The position numbers and the translations under genes were made by a program. Source: an uncultured Hormoscilla sp. (GTDB lineage: Bacteria > Cyanobacteriota > Cyanobacteriia > Cyanobacteriales > Desertifilaceae). Taken from it: a stretch of 64,000 nt of DNA. The notes under the pieces are model-generated. The model ran no database searches. It was not told the DNA's origin and saw nothing but the letters and a program-made list of their open reading frames with translations. This document shows, one piece after another, positions 58,711 to 64,000 of this stretch. The stretch covers positions 4,960,001 through 5,024,000 of the forward strand of contig OZ001293.3 of NCBI GenBank assembly GCA_963921275.4. Direction: 5' to 3'. Each line of letters begins with the position of its first letter. Within the stretch, counting starts at the first letter, position 1.

Positions 58711-59961
58711 ATGACTTCACGAAAACAAGTTGTAGTCACCGGTCTCGGCGCGATTACGCCAATAGGCAATACTCTCGCCGAGTATTGGGAAGGATTATTG
58801 AGCGGGCGCAATGGTATTGGCAAGATCACCTTGTTCACGGCAGACGAGCATAAATGTAGAATTGCTGGTGAGGTCAAGGATTACGATCCCCTCGACTACA
58901 TGACTGAGAAAGAAGCAAAGCGCATGAGTCGCTTTGCCCAGTTTGCAGTTTCAGCCAGCAAGCAAGCCATATCTGATGCGGAGTTCGTGATTAATGACTT
59001 GAACGCCGAACAGGTGGGTGTCATTATTGGCTCGGGGGTGGGTGGTCTGAAGGTTCTCGAAGAGCAGCAAGAGATTTACCTGAACAAGGGCCCTTCTCGC
59101 TGTAGCCCCTTCATGATTCCGATGATGATTGCAAATATGGCTGCAGGTTGGACGGCCATTACGACGGGGGCGAAAGGACCTAATACTTGCCCGGTAACGG
59201 CCTGTGCCGCTGGCTCTCATGCGGTGGGAGATGCCTTTCGCTTGATTCAAGCAGGTTTGGCTCAGGCGATGATTTGTGGGGGGACGGAAGCTGCTGTTAC
59301 GCCTTTGTCGGTGGCGGGTTTCGCCAGCGCTAAGGCCCTATCCATTCGCAATGATGACCCCGGCCATGCCAGTCGTCCTTTCGATCGCGATCGGGATGGC
59401 TTTGTCCTGGGTGAGGGGACCGGCATCCTGTTGCTGGAAGCGCTAGAACATGCCCGTCAGCGCAATGCCAAGATCTATGCGGAAATTGTCGGCTATGGCA
59501 TGACTTGCGATGCCTATCACATGACGGCCCCAGTCCCTGGTGGCCAGGGAGCTGCTCGGGCCATAGCGCTAGCGTTGAAGGATGCTAGTTTAACTCCGGA
59601 CATGGTAAGTTATATCAATGCTCACGGGACTAGTACCCCAGCAAATGACAGCACGGAAACGGCTGCGATTAAAAGTGTTTTGGGTGAAAGTGCCTACCAG
59701 GTGGCGATTAGCTCTACTAAGTCCATGACTGGTCATCTATTAGGGGGCTCCGGCGGCATAGAAGCTGTGGCTACGGTGATGGCGATCACCCATGATAAAG
59801 TACCGCCGACGATTAATTTAGAGAACCCAGATCCAGAGTGCGATTTGGATTATGTCCCCAAGGAGTACCGGGAAATGCCAGTAGAAGTGGCTCTGTCCAA
59901 TTCCTTCGGATTTGGGGGTCACAACGTTACCCTAGCATTCAAAAAGTACCGCGAACTCTGA
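58711..59961 (+). CDS. fabF: Beta-ketoacyl-ACP synthase II
   Basis: TACAAG, NAHGTST, TGHLLG, SNSFGFGG. Confidence 0.97.
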   Translation: MTSRKQVVVTGLGAITPIGNTLAEYWEGLLSGRNGIGKITLFTADEHKCRIAGEVKDYDPLDYMTEKEAKRMSRFAQFAVSASKQAISDAEFVINDLNAEQVGVIIGSGVGGLKVLEEQQEIYLNKGPSRCSPFMIPMMIANMAAGWTAITTGAKGPNTCPVTACAAGSHAVGDAFRLIQAGLAQAMICGGTEAAVTPLSVAGFASAKALSIRNDDPGHASRPFDRDRDGFVLGEGTGILLLEALEHARQRNAKIYAEIVGYGMTCDAYHMTAPVPGGQGAARAIALALKDASLTPDMVSYINAHGTSTPANDSTETAAIKSVLGESAYQVAISSTKSMTGHLLGGSGGIEAVATVMAITHDKVPPTINLENPDPECDLDYVPKEYREMPVEVALSNSFGFGGHNVTLAFKKYREL

Positions 59962-60196
59962 TGGCGCTGCGCTGGGGGCGCAGCCATGTATGCAAGGGTA
60001 TATATGAAGAGTTGAGATTGGGAAAATAGATAGCAGATAAAAAGCAATTTGTCAAGCTTTGTAATTCCCAATCTCAAAAAAAATGCTTTGCCCCATGCAG
60101 CACCTAATGGGAAGATGGAGAGGGTAGCGAGGGTAGGGTCGCTCCCAAATAGAAGTTCACCCCAGACGCTAAATCATTGTCAAGAAGAGAGAAATT

Positions 60197-62206
60197 ATGG
60201 CCGTAGCAACCCAATCACTCGAAGAAATCTGTATTAACTCCATCCGCTTTCTGGCGATCGATGCTGTAGAGAAAGCAAATTCCGGTCACCCAGGGCTGCC
60301 AATGGGGGCGGCACCGATGGCATACGTGCTATGGGACCGGTTTATGCGGTATAATCCCAAAAATCCCAAGTGGTTTAACCGCGATCGCTTCGTGCTGTCA
60401 GCGGGTCACGGCTGTATGTTACAGTACGCCATGCTCTACCTGACAGGTTACGATAGCGTCACGATTGACGATATCAAGCAGTTCCGTCAGTGGGAGTCGA
60501 AAACCCCCGGTCATCCCGAAAATTTCATGACTGAAGGGGTAGAGTTGACCACTGGACCCCTGGGACAAGGAATTGCTAATGGGGTCGGGTTGGCTCTGGC
60601 TGAAGCTCACCTGGGGGCCAAGTTTAATAAGCCTGATGCTAAGATTGTAGACCATTACACCTATGTGATCCTGGGTGATGGTTGCAATATGGAAGGTGTT
60701 TCGGGTGAAGCTTGTTCTTTGGCAGGACACTGGGGACTGGGCAAGCTGATTGCTCTGTATGATGACAATCATATCTCGATCGATGGTCATACGGATATAG
60801 CATTTACTGAAGATGTAGGTAAGCGCTTTGAAGCCTACGGGTGGCACGTGATCGTTGTAGATAATCCTAATCTGGATGAAGACACGAACTTACAAGCGTT
60901 GACCGATGCGATCGAAGCAGCAAAGAAGGTGACGGATAAGCCTTCGATGATTAAGGTCCGCACGATCATTGGTTACGGTTCCCCCAATAAAAAAGATACC
61001 CACGGCGTTCACGGTGCGGCTTTGGGCGCTAGCGAAGAGGAAGCGACTCGCAAAAATATGGGTTGGGGATACGAACCTTTTGTGGTTCCCGATGACGCCC
61101 TGAAGTATTTCCGCACGGCTGTAGAACGCGGTGCTTCTTACGAAGCAGAGTGGAATCAAACCTTTGCTACTTACAAAACTAAGTATCCTGAAGAAGCGAA
61201 GGAATTTGAACGCATCACCAGCGGGACATTGCCCGCAGGATGGGAGAAAGTGCTGCCCACCTATAGCCCGGATAAGGGAACTGCAACTCGCAAGCATTCT
61301 CAAGCAACTCTGAATGCGCTAGCTCCAGTTCTGCCCGAACTAATTGGCGGTTCGGCTGATTTGGCTCCCTCAAATTTGACTTTGTTGAAGGTATCGGGAG
61401 ATTTCCAAAAGGGACAATACGAGAACCGCAATCTGCGCTTTGGGGTGCGGGAACATGGTATGGGCGCGATCTGTAATGGTATTGCTTTACATGGTTCGGG
61501 CTTGATTCCCTATGGTGCGACTTTCCTGATCTTTACTGATTATATGCGGGCAGCCATTCGTCTATCAGCTCTTTCCCAAGCTGGGACGATCTGGGTGATG
61601 ACTCATGATTCGATCGCCCTGGGGGAAGATGGCCCAACTCACCAACCCGTGGAAACTATCGCCTCTCTGCGGGCTATTCCGAATCTGTTGGTGATCCGCC
61701 CTGCGGATGGAAATGAAACTTCTGGGGGCTATAAGGTGGCGATCGAAAACCGGAACCGCCCCACTCTGCTGGCCTTCACCCGTCAAAATGTACCGAACTT
61801 GGCCGGAACCTCGATTGAAGGTGTCGCGAAGGGGGGTTATATTGTTTCGGACAGCGATGGCACTCCTGACTTGATTCTGATCGCTACGGGTAGCGAACTC
61901 CACCTCTGTACGGAAGCGGCTGAGAAATTGCGTGCAGAAGGCAAGAAAGTCCGCGTGGTTTCCCTGGTTTGCTGGGAACTGTTTGCAGAGCAAGATGCTG
62001 CTTATCAGGAGTCCGTGTTGCCTACAGATGTCACCAAGCGCTTGGCCGTAGAAGCTGGTTCTACCTTTGGTTGGAGTAAATACGTTGGCACTGAAGGTGC
62101 TACTATCGGTATCGATCGGTTTGGCGTTTCCGCTCCTGGCGGCTTGGTGATGGAGAAGTTTGGCTTCACGGTTGATAATGTGGTGGCCAAGGCTAAGGCA
62201 CTCTAA
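60197..62206 (+). CDS. tkt: Transketolase
   Basis: [30 protein letters not shown]. Confidence 0.97.
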   Translation: MAVATQSLEEICINSIRFLAIDAVEKANSGHPGLPMGAAPMAYVLWDRFMRYNPKNPKWFNRDRFVLSAGHGCMLQYAMLYLTGYDSVTIDDIKQFRQWESKTPGHPENFMTEGVELTTGPLGQGIANGVGLALAEAHLGAKFNKPDAKIVDHYTYVILGDGCNMEGVSGEACSLAGHWGLGKLIALYDDNHISIDGHTDIAFTEDVGKRFEAYGWHVIVVDNPNLDEDTNLQALTDAIEAAKKVTDKPSMIKVRTIIGYGSPNKKDTHGVHGAALGASEEEATRKNMGWGYEPFVVPDDALKYFRTAVERGASYEAEWNQTFATYKTKYPEEAKEFERITSGTLPAGWEKVLPTYSPDKGTATRKHSQATLNALAPVLPELIGGSADLAPSNLTLLKVSGDFQKGQYENRNLRFGVREHGMGAICNGIALHGSGLIPYGATFLIFTDYMRAAIRLSALSQAGTIWVMTHDSIALGEDGPTHQPVETIASLRAIPNLLVIRPADGNETSGGYKVAIENRNRPTLLAFTRQNVPNLAGTSIEGVAKGGYIVSDSDGTPDLILIATGSELHLCTEAAEKLRAEGKKVRVVSLVCWELFAEQDAAYQESVLPTDVTKRLAVEAGSTFGWSKYVGTEGATIGIDRFGVSAPGGLVMEKFGFTVDNVVAKAKAL

Positions 62207-62316
62207 CTATTACCTGGGCTGCACTCACCCTCAAGGATGGGGCCACCAGAACTTAGCCCTTGATGTCTCGGGAGTAGTGCGAATAGCGCTCTCCCGAGAC
62301 ATCGAAGCAGGCGGGC

Positions 62317-62346
62317 TTGACACAGGACATTTAAATTAGCTATAAT
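62317..62346 (+). promoter_or_regulatory. Consensus sigma70 promoter for the TA pair
   Basis: TTGACA-N18-TATAAT. Confidence 0.65.
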
Positions 62347-62401
62347 AAAGAGGCTTTCTATTGCTAGAGAGTCTCTTTGTTTGTCAAGTAGGGAGGAGGT
62401 T

Positions 62402-62695
62402 ATGACTCAAGTAGATCGGGAGTATAAGATAGTTTTTTCGCGCATACCAGAGATTGTTGCTGATTTGCTTAGGGGCGATCGCATGTTTGAAAGGCTAGAA
62501 AAAGATGAAATGATTGAGTGCATTTCTGTGACCCTGAAAAAGTATTTGTCTCCTGAAGAAATCCTCGCTATTGATGAAGTAGAACTCACGCGCCGAATTG
62601 ACAAATTGTTGGCGATCGAGGTAATGTATAGGCTGTTAGATGATTTAGAACCAGAACAAATTGAAATGTTTGATGCGGCAGTGTCAGGGAGATGA
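62402..62695 (+). CDS. Hypothetical protein, probable antitoxin
   Basis: GGAGG-ATG at 62402; acidic 97-aa ORF directly upstream of a PIN toxin. Confidence 0.65.
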   Translation: MTQVDREYKIVFSRIPEIVADLLRGDRMFERLEKDEMIECISVTLKKYLSPEEILAIDEVELTRRIDKLLAIEVMYRLLDDLEPEQIEMFDAAVSGR

Positions 62696-62701
62696 ATCTT
62701 G

Positions 62702-63112
62702 ATGAGTTATCTGTTAGATACAAATATAATCACAGCCATTGTTAAGAAGAATGAAATAATCACGGAAAAGTTACGGGAGGTAGAATCTCGCGGACAGGAA
62801 TTATTTATCAGTGGTATTAAATATTATGAGGTAAAAAGAGGACTACTGGCAGTAAATGCTACAAGGCAGCTATCTCAATTTAATCGACTATGCAGAAAGT
62901 ATAGAGTTTTATCTGTTTTGGATGAGAGAGAAATTCTCGATCGGGCATCAGAGATATACGCTGATTTAAAACAAAGGGGTAGAACGATCCAAGATACCGA
63001 TATATTAATAGCGGCGACGGCAATTACACAAGGCTTAACTTTGGTATCGGCAGATTCTGATATGCAGAGAATTCAGGGAATTACGGTAGAGAATTGGCTT
63101 GTTGATGGATAA
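62702..63112 (+). CDS. VapC-family PIN-domain toxin
   Basis: YLLDTN, YYE, DTDILIAATA, LVSAD, ENW. Confidence 0.9.
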   Translation: MSYLLDTNIITAIVKKNEIITEKLREVESRGQELFISGIKYYEVKRGLLAVNATRQLSQFNRLCRKYRVLSVLDEREILDRASEIYADLKQRGRTIQDTDILIAATAITQGLTLVSADSDMQRIQGITVENWLVDG

Positions 63113-63181
63113 AATAAAATGGGCGATCGCGATCTACCTGTGTTATACTAGAACTAAACCCCTCATTTTTACGTACAGCTC

Positions 63182-63760
63182 ATGGTATATTTACAATCGC
63201 CTCTGAAATTAGAACTGCAACTCACGGAGGAGCAATTTTTTGAGCTTTGTCACAAGCATCGGAACTTGAAATTCGAGCGGACTGCAACTGGAGATTTAAT
63301 CATTATGTCACCAACGGGAGGAATAACTAGCGACCGCAACTCGGATATTAATTTTCAACTCAGGGCCTGGAATCGCGATCGAAAACTGGGAAAAGTTTTT
63401 GACTCATCCGGCGGATTTAAGTTACCCAATGGGGCCGAACGCTCTCCCGATGCCTCTTGGGTTAAACTGCAACGATGGAAGGCTTTAACATTAGAAGAGC
63501 AAAAAAGATTAGTGCCGTTATGCCCAGATTTTGTGGTGGAATTGCGCTCTCCTTCTGATGCCTTAAGCAAGGTTCAGGAAAAGATGCGTGAATACAGAGA
63601 AAATGGGGCAGAATTGGGATGGTTGATTGACCCGCAACGGCAAGTGGTTGAGGTTTATCGGCCCTCGCGGGAGGTGGAACTGTTGCAGTCGCCCAAGACT
63701 GTATCGGGAGAAACGGTACTACCGGGCTTTGTTTTGGACTTGGCGGAAATTTTCTCTTAA
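63182..63760 (+). CDS. Uma2-family endonuclease
   Basis: RSPDASW, CPDFVVELRSPSD, GWLIDP. Confidence 0.93.
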   Translation: MVYLQSPLKLELQLTEEQFFELCHKHRNLKFERTATGDLIIMSPTGGITSDRNSDINFQLRAWNRDRKLGKVFDSSGGFKLPNGAERSPDASWVKLQRWKALTLEEQKRLVPLCPDFVVELRSPSDALSKVQEKMREYRENGAELGWLIDPQRQVVEVYRPSREVELLQSPKTVSGETVLPGFVLDLAEIFS

Positions 63761-63893
63761 GGTAACATCATATAGTAATCCCAAATGATATATGAAGGCT
63801 TCCAAACCCGGTAAGGGAGGAGAAACCGGGTTGATGGCAGGGTATATAGTTGACAAAGAAAATCCCGACGATAATGGTGGGCCGGAAGATTGC

Positions 63894-64000
63894 TTACGGT
63901 TGTACTATCGCACTGTGGACCTGACTCCAAGGACCCCGATCGCCCCGCCTGTTTTTCCAGCGTAGCATGTAATGGGCAACTTCACCGCCAGCGGAATTCT
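63894..64000 (-). CDS. C-terminal end of a hypothetical protein entering from outside the window
   Basis: ...GEVAHYMLRWKNRRGDRGPWSQVHSAIVQP* (RW...GPWS Fn3-like tail). Confidence 0.5.
   Translation of the reverse strand, partial: NSAGGEVAHYMLRWKNRRGDRGPWSQVHSAIVQP

Overview
Cyanobacterial chromosome segment (very frequent HIP1 GCGATCGC, cyanobacterial-type ftsH2, recA, leuA, hisA, acpP-fabF-tkt). Intact housekeeping genes sit among many broken genes, two near-identical IS982 copies, MITEs and very small dispersed repeats. This pattern suggests ongoing genome erosion, possibly in a host-associated filamentous cyanobacterium (inference). The standout signal is a family of ORF-less group II introns. 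One (33853-34687, 835 nt) splits a tRNA-Arg(UCU) gene between positions 38 and 39 of the anticodon arm. A homologous copy (17550-18420, 871 nt) splits a pentapeptide-repeat gene in frame. Their predicted exon-binding sites differ so as to match their own exons, and both appear to end one base beyond the canonical 3' splice site. Other intron relics include stacked 5' ends behind the tRNA, nested 3' ends with one intron inside another's domain 5, and an RT/D5 scrap in front of a second copy of the 3' exon. Also present: a 14-unit, 99-bp HEAT-repeat gene missed by the ORF track, a shattered cadherin-repeat adhesin gene, and two ATPase+nuclease defence-like pairs whose nuclease genes are broken near the start.
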